Assembly: GCA_013265495.1 (NCBI GenBank)
Contig: MU058289.1
Span: 1,054,001 to 1,118,000, forward strand
Direction of reading: 5' to 3'
DNA length: 64,000 nucleotides
Origin: Vicugna vicugna
Taxonomy: Eukaryota
Each line of letters begins with the position of its first letter. Positions within the stretch are counted from its first letter, which is position 1. The notes beneath the pieces are model-generated. The model saw only the letters and a list, made by a program, of their open reading frames with translations. It made no database searches and was not told the DNA's origin. A program made the position numbers and the translations under genes. Positions 13,401 through 26,829 of this stretch are shown in pieces.

Positions 13401-16400
13401 CGTCAGTTGGACCAAAATCCAAAGCACCCTAGAAGCTCTAGTCTGCAGACGGGCTGAGTGAGGTGGAGGCAGTGCCTGCAGAAGCAGTGAGGGGCTGGCT
13501 GGTGAAGTCAGGGACATTGGTGAAAGGGACTTGAAGAGGAGTCTAAAAAAAAGGGAGAGGAGAACCCACACACATAGGTATAGGTGATTTGGTTCTATAG
13601 AAGGTAGGCTTTAAGGGGACAAGATCCTGCAATTATGACAGGGAATGGAATGCAGAGGGCCTCTATTCATTCTCATTAATTAAGTGGAACCCCAAATATG
13701 GGTTGGAATCCAAAGTAAGAAACAGCAGGAACAGCAAAAGAAGGAGAGTTAGAAACTGTGCATCTCACGTCACAACCGATATCTGGTGTAGGGGATGGGT
13801 ACAGGGGCAGACAGGTCAGTCAGATCAGTGACTGCTAATCTGATGGTCTCTGGAATCTGCCAGGGGAAGGTGGCCGGTCGCCATGTAACTGCAGTCCCCA
13901 CAAAAAAACAGGGAGAAAGAACGGGCAGGCTGAGTGGTACTGCTGTTTGATGTGGCCTCAGTTTTATCCTCCAACCTTGTGGTTCCATTGGGTCTGTGTT
14001 CTTCCCCAAGCCCAGGTCCTTAGCACTGACCATACAAGGAAGGTAGGAGGTTGAGGCAGCTCCTCCTGACCTCACCACAGTGGCGGTAGCATCAGCAAGT
14101 GGCAGCAATAGCGACACTGAAACTTTCTGTTTACAGAGCCCACAACTGCCAGATGTGGGTGGAGAATTTCTCCTTGACAAAGTATCTGAAAGCCTTCCTC
14201 TCTGAGTCTTCTTCTTTGACTTTAATAAGGCTGAAGAGCTGAGTCAATGGTCTTTATCAAGCTCTTTCCTTATTAACGTCTCTGGCTATAGGAAGCAGAA
14301 TATAGCTCGGCCAGACAGGCCAGCTACACCTGGATCGCCCCTGCAAAGAGGTAGGAACCCCCAGCAGGGCAGTATGAGCTAGTGATGGTATGGCCTTTGG
14401 TGAATGAGCTCATAGAAGATGTCTGTGGTTTCTTACCTAAGCTATCTTCCTGGAAGAGAGGTTTCCTTTTAGAGGCCCAGGGCTGCTCCCAATTATGTGA
14501 CAACTTCATTTGTCATCAGGAACCTAGGTGCTATGGGGCCCCTTTCACTGGTATGGGGGCCCCTTTTCTGGTAGTCTTGCCTTTCGGACACTTCTTGACT
14601 GCCTTCCTCCTTAGATATCCTTTTCTTTCACACTCTTTGTTTCTTCAGCTCAGATTCCTTCAAGTGAGGATCTGGAGGGTGATTGGCTGGCTCAGGCCTT
14701 ATAGAGGTGCCTAATCAGGTGACAGAGCAGGAGGAGAGTCAGTTTGTGCCCCTACAGGGGAATCATCACTATTCCTCAGTGGCTAGACATTTTGACAGCA
14801 GTGGCTTCTTCAGAGAGCCCCTCAGGACCCTCAGAGAGGAGCACTCAGGCTGCCTGATCTGATACTGCCTCTTAGGGTACATAACACTGAGGCACAAAGG
14901 CTCTGGATCCATGTAGAACCACCTGGGAAAAGGGCCAAGAGAGGTGCAGGGGCAGTGGGGGTGATCTCAGCCAGGAGGGAAACACAGGTGTAACCAGAGG
15001 TACAGACAGGGCAGGAGTAAAGCCTGCTGAGGAAGTTGCCCACTAGGGGTGGTGGGTGCGTTGTCTGATCCTAGGGGAACGGGGTGCAACTTGGAAGCTC
15101 TGTTAGCTCCCTCCTCCTCCAGGGTGAACCATGTACAGTTCAGCCTGGCTTGTGGCACAGCACTGGAACACGTGACAGAGAAAGCACACCGGCTAAGTGC
15201 GAACCAGTGAATGACCAGAGGAAAAAGTGCCAAAGACAAAGGCAAGACCCAGAGGACAAACCCCTACAGGACTTTCCAGTGCTTTCTGACTTTCTGCTGG
15301 TGGTCACAAGTGCTTGGCACCAGAAGGACCTGGTGGTTTGATGAGACTTCAATATTGTGAATTTCAAGAGCCTGCATATCTGTCATCCATACCCAGGTCA
15401 CCTTGTCTGCAGGCACCTCAGCACCTGACTTGAGGGCAGGAGCACAGGCAGCCTGTGCTTGGGGGTCCGGCCTTTTCCTCTATCGTCGCTGGAGGGCTGA
15501 GCCCGCTCAAAGCCAGAGCAGGAGAGCAGCCTAGATTCTGCCAGGGTGGGGCCTAGCTTGTGGGAGGTTGGGGTAGAGAGACAGAGGCTGGGGAGACTGG
15601 GGCTCCACCCTGTCTCACATGGTTCCTGCGTGCCCAGCCAGTGTGGGATGGCTGCAGCAGGGCACGTGCTGGGGGCGGGGTGGGTTGGGGTGTGAATCTA
15701 CCCCAGCCTCTTCCTTTCAGGCAACCACCAGAGATGCTCCCACTTAACTCCTGCAACCTACCCCACCCGCTCCATGCTGGTAGGTCAAGGCTCAGAACAC
15801 CACCTCCTCAAGGCCGCTCCAGGTCCTCTCCAGTTCCAGGTGGGAGTTTTTTGCAGCCACCCTGGAAAGGCAAGTGTCACGAGCATCACCAGCTGGACTA
15901 TGAAGTTTTCTGATGTAGAGAGAGGGATACTGCATCACAACACATCCTTTCCCACTAGGCAGTTTCTCTTTGCCTGTTTTTACAAGTTGGCAAAACAGCA
16001 TTTAAGCCTTAGGACATTCCCCGAGTCACACAGGTGGTAGTAGCCCAGCCAGAATTTGAACCCAGGCTGTCTGATTCCAGAGCTCATGCATTTAACCTCC
16101 TCAACAGGTACACATCATGTATTACCATTTTTGAAACTTAGCACAATTACATACCAGTAATGAACACAGTCACTGCCTATGAGGAGGTCTTTGGCTTAAT
16201 TCCTAAGTCAACTATCGGTCACACCAGGCTCTAGTCTCTCAGAAGATGTAGAACAGGGACTGCCAATTGGTAACACACCCCTATCAGGCAAGTCTCTTCA
16301 ACATGAGCCTTGCTGCTGCACCACGCAGCTGTGAAAGATGCACCAGGTGGGTGCAGGAGCCTCCCTGGTCACCTACCAGCCTTATGCCCCAAGGGCACCA

Positions 16401-17050
16401 ATGACTCTTGTAATAAGTCCATAGAACAGCTTTCAGGGTCTTGGCCGAAATGAACAGTGTACTAACTTTCCTCATCCACGCAGAGTATGTACAACTTTCC
16501 CTGTATTTCGATCGTATGAAAAAAATTTTCTCTCGGATAGTGTTTTGTAGCAGGTTCTACAAATTACAGCTGATGGGTCAGATTTGGCCCACAGCCTGTT
16601 CTTGTTATCTCAGTGAGCTTCAAATGGTATTAACATTTTAAAAATATTGTGAAAACAAAACAGAAAAACAGAATATGCACCAGAGGCCATGCATAAACTG
16701 CAAAGCCTGCAATATTCCCTATCTGGTCCTTTACAGCAAAAGATTGCCAGCCCCTGTTTTGTAGCTCTGAGTGCAGAGGTACAGTATTTGCTAATTTATT
16801 CCTTAGGACTTCATGATCTTTAAAAAATGCTATTGTAAATGGTATCTTCTAAATCTTAGTTTTCGGTTGTTTATTGGCAGTATACAGAAATACAGTTGGT
16901 TTTTATGTGTTGATTTTGTACACTGGAACCATGCTAAATTCACTCTGTACTTCTGGTAGCATCTCTGTAGATTTCTGTTGACTTTCTACATACACATTCT
17001 TGTTTCTGTGAGTAAAGAAATTTGTACCTGTTTTTTAAAAATGTGTATGC
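10475..17050 (-). repeat. Duplicated block B, inverted relative to ~59150-64000
   Basis: Anchors: 10480-10620 with 63860-64000; 11130-11350 with 63230-63460; 11680-11860 with 62720-62900; 12430-12580 with 61860-62010; 16000-17000 with 59200-60300. Confidence 0.8.
11400..15043 (-). pseudogene. POM121: POM121-like processed paralogue, copy B (near full length without TM segment, repeat-expanded C-terminus)
   Basis: ORF fragments MGNFLS (GTG start), PPDPHLKE, EDSLGKKPQTSSMSSFTKGHTITSSY, SGSCGLCKQKV...VSAKDLGLGK, ASKPAFD, FANTTPDPFAFMGFSAP and GGGLDLST...STTESKSVLGRTFLPTY are colinear with POM121 motifs (TPGSSGQRKRKV, ITAEDLDLEK, ASKPAFG, FGSTTPSPFTFGGSAAP, STTESKPVFGGTATPTF). Many stops and frameshifts. 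The 3' boundary is approximate. Confidence 0.85.
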
Positions 17051-17950
17051 GTTTTATTTCTTTTGATTACGTTTACATTTTCTCTGACAGGCAGTAAAAT
17101 ATTAAATACCAGTGGAGACAATGGACATGCTCTCCAGTTCCAGATCTTAGGGGAAAAGTGTTCAGTATTCTGTTTGCTGGAAGTTTTTCATGTATTTGCT
17201 TCATCACAAAGAAAATTCCTCCAAGTTCTATTTTGCTGAGAGATTTTTTGGAAAGGGGTGTTGAATTTTGTCAGTTACTCTGCACATAGATTTGAGATAA
17301 TCTTATGGCTTTTCTCCTTTATTCTTCCAGTATGGTGAATTACATTCTTTTCTGAATGTTAAACCAACCTTGATTCCTGAGACAAACTCCACTCAAAGAG
17401 GTGGTCGTGCTAGATCATCCTCTTATATTTGGTTGGATTTGATTTCCTAAAATTTCATTAAGGATTTTTATGTCTATGCTCCTGAGGAATATTAATTTTT
17501 ACATTTCTGTAGTACGTTTTCATGTAATTAGGGTAATGCTGGCCTGACGGAATGAGTTAGGAAAAGTTTCCTCCTTTTCAGAAAGAGTTTGTGTAGCATT
17601 GGTAAAATACCTTATTTTTTGATAGAATTCACAGGAAAACTACACAGAAGTGAAATTTTCTTCATGTTCATAGTCACTTGTTATCCCTGTAATGTCTATC
17701 AAATCTGTAGTGAGGTCCCTGCTTATACCTGATATCGGTAATTTCAGTTTTCTCTTTTTATTTTTTGATCAGTCTTTCTAGAGGTTTGTTAATTACTCCA
17801 TTAAAAGTCCATTCCTAGTGTTAAATTTCTCTGCTGTATATTTTCTGTTTCTATTATGTTTAGCATTTTAAAATTTCTACCCACTTGGATTTAAGTTACT
17901 CTTCTCTTTCTGTATTCTTATAATGGAGAATTAAATCATTGTTCTAAAAA
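16760..17950 (-). mobile_element. Old L1M ORF2 fragment
   Basis: T-rich decayed L1 antisense motifs (ttttgctgagag...gggtgttgaattttgtca; gggtaatgctggcct...gaatgagttagg). Confidence 0.7.
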
Positions 17951-18599
17951 TATTTATTAAAAGAAATTCTTTTTGTAGCCCAATTTGGTGTGAAAAAAGT
18001 CCAACACTTCCTGACAGACAAAACTGGGCCTAGACTACCTAGCTGTTTATGCAGCACATCTCTGCGTCTGTTATTTGGGGTTTATAATAGCCAGCAAATA
18101 AACATACTGCTGCTGATTTAAGTAGAAAAATAATTTATTGGAAGCCTAGAGGAATCCCTGGAAAGCTGGAGAACTGGATTCAGCATACAGGGAGGAATAA
18201 GGGAGGTCAGGGGGCCAAAGCTTCGTAAAGACCTGCTTGTTGGGCCTCCACTGTCCACGCTTGTCTGTGTCACGATCACCTACATCCAAAGTTTGGGGCA
18301 GAGGCATCTGGTCATCAAATACAGATCAAATGCCTGCATCCACACCAAAGCAGAGCCTCGGAAACCAAGTATTTGGCTTTTTCAGTCCCCATAAGTGGGA
18401 GGCAGTTCTGATTGCCACCAAACTTATATGGTAGAAAAATTTCTCGAATGTAAAGGGGCTTTACATATAGCCCAGGGAGAGTGTACTATTTATTGTTTGA
18501 GGAATATGGTTTTCTGGTTAGTGAGATTTCTCTGGTTAACTTGTAACTGGGGTAATTTGATATGGCAAATGTTTCTGAAATATTAGTGTATTAGTAAAG

Positions 18600-21500
18600 G
18601 TGTTAGGAGAACATAATAAGAAGCTAAAGGTAGTGGTCACTTTGTGAACTTGCCTGAACCCAGGAATCAGACCAGCCTAATTGGCTGGTGGCGGCAGAAA
18701 AGTGGGGGCGGGGACGGGCTGGGCCTGACTAAGCTTGTGGAGGCGGTGCTAGGCCTCCACCAGATGGGAAAGGAAGCAGAGTCATATCCTTTCTGCTAAA
18801 ACTGGTTTTAATAAAGAACAGCAGGCCAGGAGGAAGACTCAGGGTGGCTGAGTGCAGGCCCTCTCTGAGCCCTTCCAGGAGCTCTGCTCATCAGTTTTTC
18901 ATTTGGTCATCCTTCCAAATGATCTTAATTCTAAACTGATGTACAGCATTGAACATATACATCACCTGCTGTAAATCCATATACTCCCCTATCCGCGTAT
19001 CCCACATGTACTCAGGGGAGAGCACCTTGGTGGGTTTGTGGTAAAGCAGGTATCTGTTCAGGTGGCTCTCATCATGCCACAAGGCCTGGATGTCATTGGC
19101 CTGGTCAACCATCATTGCCTCATGGCAGGTGGTGAGTCTGTAAACCTCCGGCACCAACTCCTCAAATAAGGCCCCTGAATAATAAAAGTCCCCCTCGTCT
19201 TAGGAATATAGGCCTGTGACTGAGGCCACCGTTCATAAGGGAAGTTTGTCCGATTTATCACAAAGAAGTTAGGATGGAGGGTGCTGAACAATGAGGAGAG
19301 GATCTCCACACCCACGTGATCCCTGAACACCATGTCCACATCTGCACACACGAGGTAATCCACCTCCTGCTGGAAGCGCTGCTCAATAAAGTTGCTGATC
19401 ATCTCCATGCGGTGCATGATGACGTCCTGCCGGCTAACATAGCTCTGGACCTTGAGGATGACTATCTGCCGTCCTTTTTGGAGGTGAATGTGAGGAACGT
19501 AGTCTGGCTGGTCAGTGAAGATACAGTAGTTCACGCTGTGTCCCACCATGAAGTACATCTCTGTGGTCTCCAGGAACAGGTTCAGGTAGGTCGTGTATCT
19601 TTTTATGGCAAACAGTTAATCCAATGGTGGCGTTCTGGAGCCGGAACTGCTCATTCAGGATGTCAGTGTTGAAAGTCCTGTCCCAAATGATGGGAGCCAG
19701 CCAAGGGGTCACAAGAAGGACATCTCTCCTAGGAGGTATTAACATGTGGCTGAGGATACACCATGCTTGATAATTTTACACTTTGCAGGTGGTGGCGTTC
19801 TCTCACAGTCGTGCTTGCCCCAGCCTGGATGCTTTCCAGCTTCTGGCTTCTGGGCTTCAGGTAACAATAGCCACAGATAGTCATGATGAAAGCTGTTAGG
19901 AGAAGAAAGTTCAGTCGACGAAGTGAGCAGCATTTTTGCGTCCCAGCCAGTCACTGTAGTGGCAGGGCCATGCCCACATGACAGAAGAATGCCACCTCTG
20001 GTCTCCTCCAGGATATGAGGGTTGCTCCCCTCGGTGGTCTCCCAGAGGCAGAGTGAGGCTGAACAACCCCCACTCCCTGCTCAGTATTCCAGCAGCCCTG
20101 TCTCTCCTGAGGCCTGACCCCACTGCAAGGGGGCACCTGGGCACAAGGGCTTTCTGGGGTGCCCTACAGAGAAAGATCAGTTCCAAGTAGAACTTCTACA
20201 GTGTCTGAGGGGCTGTCAGAGTAACCAGGTGTAAAGAATTAGTCAACAGACGGCTGGAACTTAAGGACTTGTGTGCAGGAGAGAGTCAGGGCACCTGAAG
20301 CAGATCAGGGGACTGGTTCAAGGGAGTCCATTGAATAGGTCAAGGACAAAGATTGTGATGAAAGTAGGGCAGGGCAGCAGCCACCAGACAGCCTGACCAG
20401 GGGGTCAGGACTTGTGCTCTGGCCTTCCCTTGACACCTCCTAGCCATGAGCTAAATACTGGGTTTCCTGAAAAGTCCATAAAATCAAGATCCGACTGTCT
20501 TCATGATCATATCCTTACAGGCTAACAAGGGCCAGTCTTTGGGAGTCCTGATTTGGGAGCCATGATCTGGGTAGAGGGAACAGAAGATCTACAGATTAAG
20601 GATTGTTTTCCTTTATTCCCTTAATAATTACTTAAAAACCACTGAGGACTTACTTTTTAGGTCCAGCCTTATGCTGTTTTTAGGTTTTGGCTGCTAATCT
20701 TACAGTGCATTATCTTGTTGAATCGTTACAAATCTGTAATATTATATTATCCTCATTGTACAGATGGAGAAACAGGCTCAGAGAGGGCGGTCCTGGTCCA
20801 CAATCACATGGCAGCCAGACTCCAAATATCCTGTATTCTGATGCTCTGTCTCACTTGGGCCTTCTTTGAAGTTTAAAGAACTTCTTTAAAGTTCCCTTTA
20901 TTGGGTTTTATAATTATTATTATTTTTGAGTCAGATTCGTTTGGTTTTCTGCATTAGACTTCACATGTTGCTGTCCCTCACACAGAGGCCTCCAGATAGT
21001 GAAGAGAGGTTGAGACCGTGCCCTCTGTTCACTCAGGGCTTATCATATTGCCATTTCAGACCCTGCCTCCCTCTGATATCCTAGCAACTCCAGACATGTA
21101 TCTCCTGGAATATGAAGCCTCAGACACAGACCCCTCTTGCCACACTGTGGGACTAAGTACAGGTTAAAAAAACTAAAAGCCTTAGATACAGAGCACCCTT
21201 CACCTGTACCATGAAGTGGGCTGGCGCTCTTCTGTTGCTCTGTGATGCCTTGTTCCCACCTTCACTAGGAAGCGGGTGGCTGGAGGTATGAGTTGTCCAG
21301 AGGTTATGCAGCCTTCTCAGTGTAGTTCTGAGCATGTTGGGAGGAAGAGAGAAGAATGTTCTGATTAGTGTCTTTGAATGGTGTCATCTTCTCTTTGTGG
21401 TCTGGATTGTGGCTTTTGCCTAGCTGTGCATAAAGATGTAGCATATTCCGGATGGGTACCCCTGATCAGTGATGCTAATGTAGTGCCAAAATAACAAGAC

Positions 21501-21810
21501 CACCCCTGAGGTTGCAAATGCCAGAAATCCGATCTGCCTTGATGAGAAAAATGACACCAGAGGATAAGGAGCATGCACTCACTCCGCTCAGTGTGGCACT
21601 TCCTGGGGAATATTGGAGGTTAAAGAACCTTACAGAATGAAGAGTTATAGAGGATGGGACAATCACCAATAGTCCACAGAAGGACTAGAGGACAGTGTGT
21701 AGCATTTGACCACTTGGCAGGTCCTGTGGTCTGCCAGGCACTAGCCTGAGAACCTCTAGGCTCTCCTGTCTCCATGGTACCACCTGGCCTGTGTGTCAGT
21801 CCCTGGGCTT
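18600..21810 (-). repeat. Left arm of the ABO-retrocopy inverted duplication
   Basis: Reverse complement aligns by eye with ~32800-36080, including about 1.8 kb upstream of the ATG (21610-21800 with 32810-33000; 20250-20620 with 34060-34420). Confidence 0.8.
18891..19971 (-). pseudogene. ABO: ABO-derived intronless (processed) GT6 glycosyltransferase retrocopy 1, disrupted
   Basis: From ATG 19971 it reads MALPLQ*LAGTQKCCSLRRLNFLLLTAFIMTICGY...[21 protein letters not shown] / [42 protein letters not shown] / MYFMVGH...[17 protein letters not shown]...LHP...[12 protein letters not shown] / ...[27 protein letters not shown]. This is colinear with human ABO and has no introns. Lesions: TGA at codon 7 and frameshifts near 19740, 19612 and 19201. 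ATTAAA on the minus strand near 18808-18813. It is a paralogue, not the ABO locus. Confidence 0.93.
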
Positions 21811-23071
21811 TGGCCTTCTTAACTCCAGCATCTCCAACACAAGTGCCTGGATCCTTTTCAAACCATCACCACTGACCACATCCATTGTCCAAACACCTGT
21901 TCCTTTATTCTGGCACCCTGAAACTTTTACCCCATGCCTCCCTAAAATCCTCATTTTGCCTCTTTCCCTGGAACTCATGGGGTCATTCTATGACTCACAT
22001 GTCAGGAGAGATGGTAGCCTCCACAAAGGCCCCCTGTCCTCTCTAGGGTCTGAGATACCCAAGATGAGAATCAGAGTGAATCCTCTCTTGATTGACCCCA
22101 GAGATGGTAGGAATAAAGCCCTGTTTCATCTAAAAGTGCCAGAGAGGAGAGAAGTATAAAGCCGATGAACAACTAATTGTGGCATGTTCTATTGCATCCC
22201 ACACTCATTCCCAGATTCCCACAGATTAATCCTGAGTACTGGCAAGACCTCCTCAGCAGCTTCATTCTGTTCTTTCCCAGTCTCCCCTCTACCCCACAAT
22301 TCCAAAAGGGTGACCCTTCTTCCTTTTTTTGCTCTATTGGAGGGAGCTTTACCAGAACCTCTCCAACACACCTTAAAATACTCTTATGATTCAGGAGATT
22401 GCGAGGGATCTATGTTTAGCAGCTCAGATCCAGGAGCCACTCTCCAAGCAAGACTGGAGTCCCCTTCCTAGGAAGCTCCAGTGTGGCTTGATGTTTCTTT
22501 TATCCTTTGAGGCTTCACCAGGTTTCCAAACTTCCTGTTTGAAGAATAAAATTGTACTCAAATACTCTGTGTTAATGGAGCCATCCTGCAAGAGTCCCAA
22601 GGAAGCCACTTGACTGATACTAAGTAGACTCAGCAAGCTGCCATGTCCAGGTGTCTCTGACTGGAGGGTTCCAGCAATGAAAGTCCTGCAATCATTGAGA
22701 GAGTGCTTACCCCATGAACTGGAGATTGGGCATTCTGGAGGGGGGTGCAGTACAGTGGGGCACAGTCTCCACCTGTGACTTTTGACTGGGATTGGGTTTG
22801 AATGCCCTCAGGATGCTGTTTCATCACTGAACTAAGTGGTCATTTGGTAGCATTGGGGGGAAAGACAACAACACAGCAGCCTGATTGACTGAGCATTTCT
22901 GCAGACCAGAAGCTATAGTCGCCTAACATGTCTACTACATTTCAGTCTCCTAGCAACCTTGAGAGATGGAAGTAATCATCCTAGTGTTATAGATGAAGAA
23001 ACTGAGGTTCAGTGTGGTAAAGTGTATGCCAAAGTCAAAGATGCTGGCCAGCAGAATCAGCTCCCACTGCT

Positions 23072-23324
23072 CACTGTGAGTGTGTCTTTGTACATATTAC
23101 AGTCATTTCCTCTAAATCCCATCTAAGGAATGGGAACAACACCTCCCTTACATATTAAACATAATTATCTTACATGATAATGCTCACACGGTGAGTGTGT
23201 CTATGTACATATTACATACATATTACATATGTACATATTACAGTCATTTCCTCTAAATCCCATCTAAGGAATGGGAACAATACCTCCCTTACATATTAAA
23301 CATAATTATCTTACATGATAATGC
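23072..23324. repeat. ~110-bp tandem duplication with internal tacatat micro-repeat
   Basis: gtgagtgtgtct...cagtcatttcctctaaatcccatctaaggaatgggaacaa...acatgataatgc occurs twice, nearly identical. Confidence 0.9.
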
Positions 23325-24259
23325 CAATATCTGAAGTATTTAGGAACCTGACTTTTTTTCTTTTTCTTCTGTTGACTCTTGTTCATAGTACCTTATTTCA
23401 CTGTGTGTTTTGTGTTTTAAAAGTTTTTTGAGTTCTTGTCATTGAAGAATTCTTTGGTAATTCTTGGAGATTTCTCTTGAGGCTGGATTAAGAGAGATTT
23501 CTTCCAGATTTTATACATATGCTTCTGTCAGATGATTACAAAACCGGGATCATCTTAAGCTGAATTCTTAGCTTGAGGGTTTGTTTTTTTTTTTCCTCCT
23601 AGCTTAATCGATATTCAGATTCCAAATTCAGTTGAAGTCCTACTGGTAGTTATGAATTTTCAGGGTAAATGATCTCCACTATACTTAACACTAGTTATGA
23701 AACAGATAAGGTTGGGGGTTTTTTGTCTCTTATTTTCTTCAGTTTATTCTTAGATTAAAGGTATTGCATGTTGAGAATAGAACTTCATTAGATGCTACAT
23801 TATTAGATTCTCTACCTTGATGGGGCCCTGAGATGTCTGGTGCTACCCATACTCCATTAGTTAATGCAAACTAAAGGTCAGTTTCCCCGGAGCTTGACAA
23901 ATTCCTTCATGGTAGAAGTCATCTTACCTATGTGGGATCCTGCTTTCATTTAGATTTTGATCTCTTTCTATATTTCCTAACTTGTACTCAAAATATGGAG
24001 AACATCAATTACCAACTTTAATAATTTTCAATGGGAACAATATTCAAGGTAATCAGATCTTCAGAACACTGAAATCCAAATTCAGTATTCACACTCTTAT
24101 GTTTTCACTGTAGATAAGCATAACTTTGTGACTAATAATAATTTTCTTCCCTTTATTTTTTTATCTCACTGAGTTGTTAGTAATTTATTATAAAGCTGGT
24201 TAGAAACAGTGATGACAGCATCTTACTTGTTTCGAATTTCAAAAGGACAGCTAACATTC

Positions 24260-26170
24260 TGAGATTCAATAACAAGATGGTGGAGTGGTAGGACCTGGAG
24301 CTTACCTCTCCTCATGACTACAACAAAACCACAACTGAATGCTAAACAACCATAGAAAGAAGACTGAAACCTAGCAAAAAAGATCTTCTGCAACTGGAAA
24401 CATAAAGAGGGAACCACAGCAGGATAGTAGGAGGGGTGTGCTCGTGATATAATTGGGCCCCATACCCCTGGGGTGGGCGACCCACAAGCTGAAGATTTGT
24501 TAAGTCACAGAGGCCCCCCCATAGGAGTGAGAGCTCTAAGCCCCACGTCAGGCTCCCCATCTCAGGTCCTGGCATTGGGAAGAGAAGGAGACCCCAGGAC
24601 ATGTGGTTTTGAAGGCCAAGGGGGCTTGGCTCTGGGAGCCTCATAGGACTGGGGGAAATGGAGACTCTATTCGCTTGAGAAGCATACACGGAAACTCACA
24701 TGCACCAGGTCCAAGGACAGAGGCAATGATTTCATAGGAATCTGGGCCAGAACTACCTGCTGGATTTGGAGGGTCTCCTGGGAACAGGGGGGACAGCTGC
24801 AGCTCACTCAAGGGACATAAAACTGGTGACGGACATTCCGGGAGCGTTAATCTACATGAGCTTTCCTGGAGGCTGACATCTTGATTGGATCATTAGCACT
24901 AGGACCTATCCCCACCCAACAGCCTGTAGGGAAGCCTCAGGCCAAACAACATACAGGGTGGGAACACAGCCACACCCATCAGCAGACTTCCTAAGCCACA
25001 AAGGCCTCTAGACACAGCCCTACCCACCAGAGGTCTAGGACCAAGCTTCACCCAGCAGTGGGCAGCCACTGGCTCCTCCTGCCAGGAAACCTGCATAAGC
25101 CTCTAGTCCAGCCTCATCCACCAGGGACAGATTCTGGAAATAAGAAACAATAATCCCAAAGCCTGTGGAAGGAATCCACAAACACAAAGAAAGATAGACG
25201 ATGTGAGGTGGCAAAGGAGTATCTCCCAGGCCAAGGCACAAGATAAAATCCCAGAAGAAGAAATAAGTGATGAGGAGACAGGTAATTTATCTAAGAAAGA
25301 GTTTAAAGTAATGATGGCCAAGATGTTCATAGAATTCAAAAGTAGTATAGATGAACAGACTGAAGTTTTTAGCAAAGAGTTGGAAAATATAAAGAATATC
25401 CAAAAGAGTTGAAGAATAAAATCACTGAAATGAACAATACACCAGAAGGAACCAAGAATAGACTAAACAAGGCAGCAGAACAGATCAGTGAGCTAGAAGA
25501 CAGATTAGTGGAAATCACTACTTCAGAACAGAAGAAAGAGAAAAGAATGAAAAGGAATGAGGATAGTTTAAGAGAACTCTGGGACAACATGAAGCATAGC
25601 ATTATTTGCATTAACACATTATAAGGGTCCCAGAAAGAGAAGAGAGAGAGAAAGGACCTGAGAAAATTTTTGGAGAGATAATTACTGAAAACTTTCCCAA
25701 CTTAGGAAGGGAAACAGTCACCCAAGTCCTGGAAGAGCAGAGAGTACCACACAGAATCAACCCAAAGAGGAATACACCAAGGCACAGAGACATCAAACTG
25801 ACAACAATTAAGGATAAGGAGAAAATATTAAAACTAGCAAGAGAAAAGCAACAAATAACATACAAGGGAGCTCCCATAAGGTTATCAGCAGATTTTTCAG
25901 CAGAAATTTTACAGGCCAGAAGGGAGTGCAGTGGCATGATAGATTTAAAGTGAACAAGGGGGAAACTTACAACCAAGAATACTCTATCTAGCAAGGCTAT
26001 CCTTCAGACTTGATGGAGAAATCAAAAGCTTCACAGATAAACAAAAGCTAAAAGATTTCAGCACCACCAAACCAGCTTTACAACTAATGTTAAAGGAACT
26101 TCTATAGTCATCAAACCATAAGAAAAGAGAATAAAAAGAAGAAAGAGAAGGAAAAAAAGAGAGAGACACC
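24260..26170 (+). mobile_element. L1 5'UTR plus decayed ORF1
   Basis: 5' end aacaagatggtggag. ORF1-like peptides MRWQRSISQAKAQDKIPEEE and RLNKAAEQISELEDRLVEITTSEQKKEKRMKRNEDSLRELWDNMK. Confidence 0.9.
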
Positions 26171-26455
26171 TACAAAAGATCGTTTTGGCTATTTGGGGTC
26201 TTTTTGTGGTTCCTTATAAATTTTGGAATTGTATGTTCTAGTTCTGTGAGGAATGTCGTGAGTATTTTGATGGGAGTTGCATTGGATCTGTGGATTGCTT
26301 TGGGTAGTGTGGCCATTTTGATAGTGTTGATTCTTCCGATCCAAGAACACAAGAAATTTTTCCATTTCTTGGTGTCATTTCAGTTTTCAGAGTATAGGTA
26401 ACCTCCTTCATTAGGTTTATTTCTAGGTATTTTGTCGTTTTTGATGTAATGGAAA
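26171..26455 (-). mobile_element. Inverted L1 ORF2 fragment abutting the ORF1 piece
   Basis: Minus [32 protein letters not shown] is from the L1 ORF2 C-terminal region. Confidence 0.85.
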
Positions 26456-26829
26456 TGTCTCTGCCAGTTATAAAATTCTGGCTTTTGAAGTGAAAAAAAA
26501 AATAGTGAATGCAGGGCTGCCAATGGCAAAATAGCCTTCTTTTTCTTGGGTGAGATTTATTCCATTACATACATATACTGCATCTCCATTATCTATTCAA
26601 CTGTTGATGTGCACTTGGGATGCTTCCATATCTTGACAATTATAAATAATGATGCTGTTAATAGCAAGGTGTATGTATATTTTTGAGTTAATTCTTATTT
26701 TGTGCTTGGCTTTATTCCTTTGATAACTATGTAAGTTTAAAAAGCTAAAGCTCTAAACATTCTTAGAAACAATGAACAGTACATATATGTAAATTTAAAA
26801 CATATGTGCAGAAAAAAAAAAAAAAGATC

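Noticed and set aside
23072..23324. CRISPR-like or functional repeat array
   Set aside because: Only two near-identical units with no spacers, in eukaryotic DNA. It is a simple local duplication.
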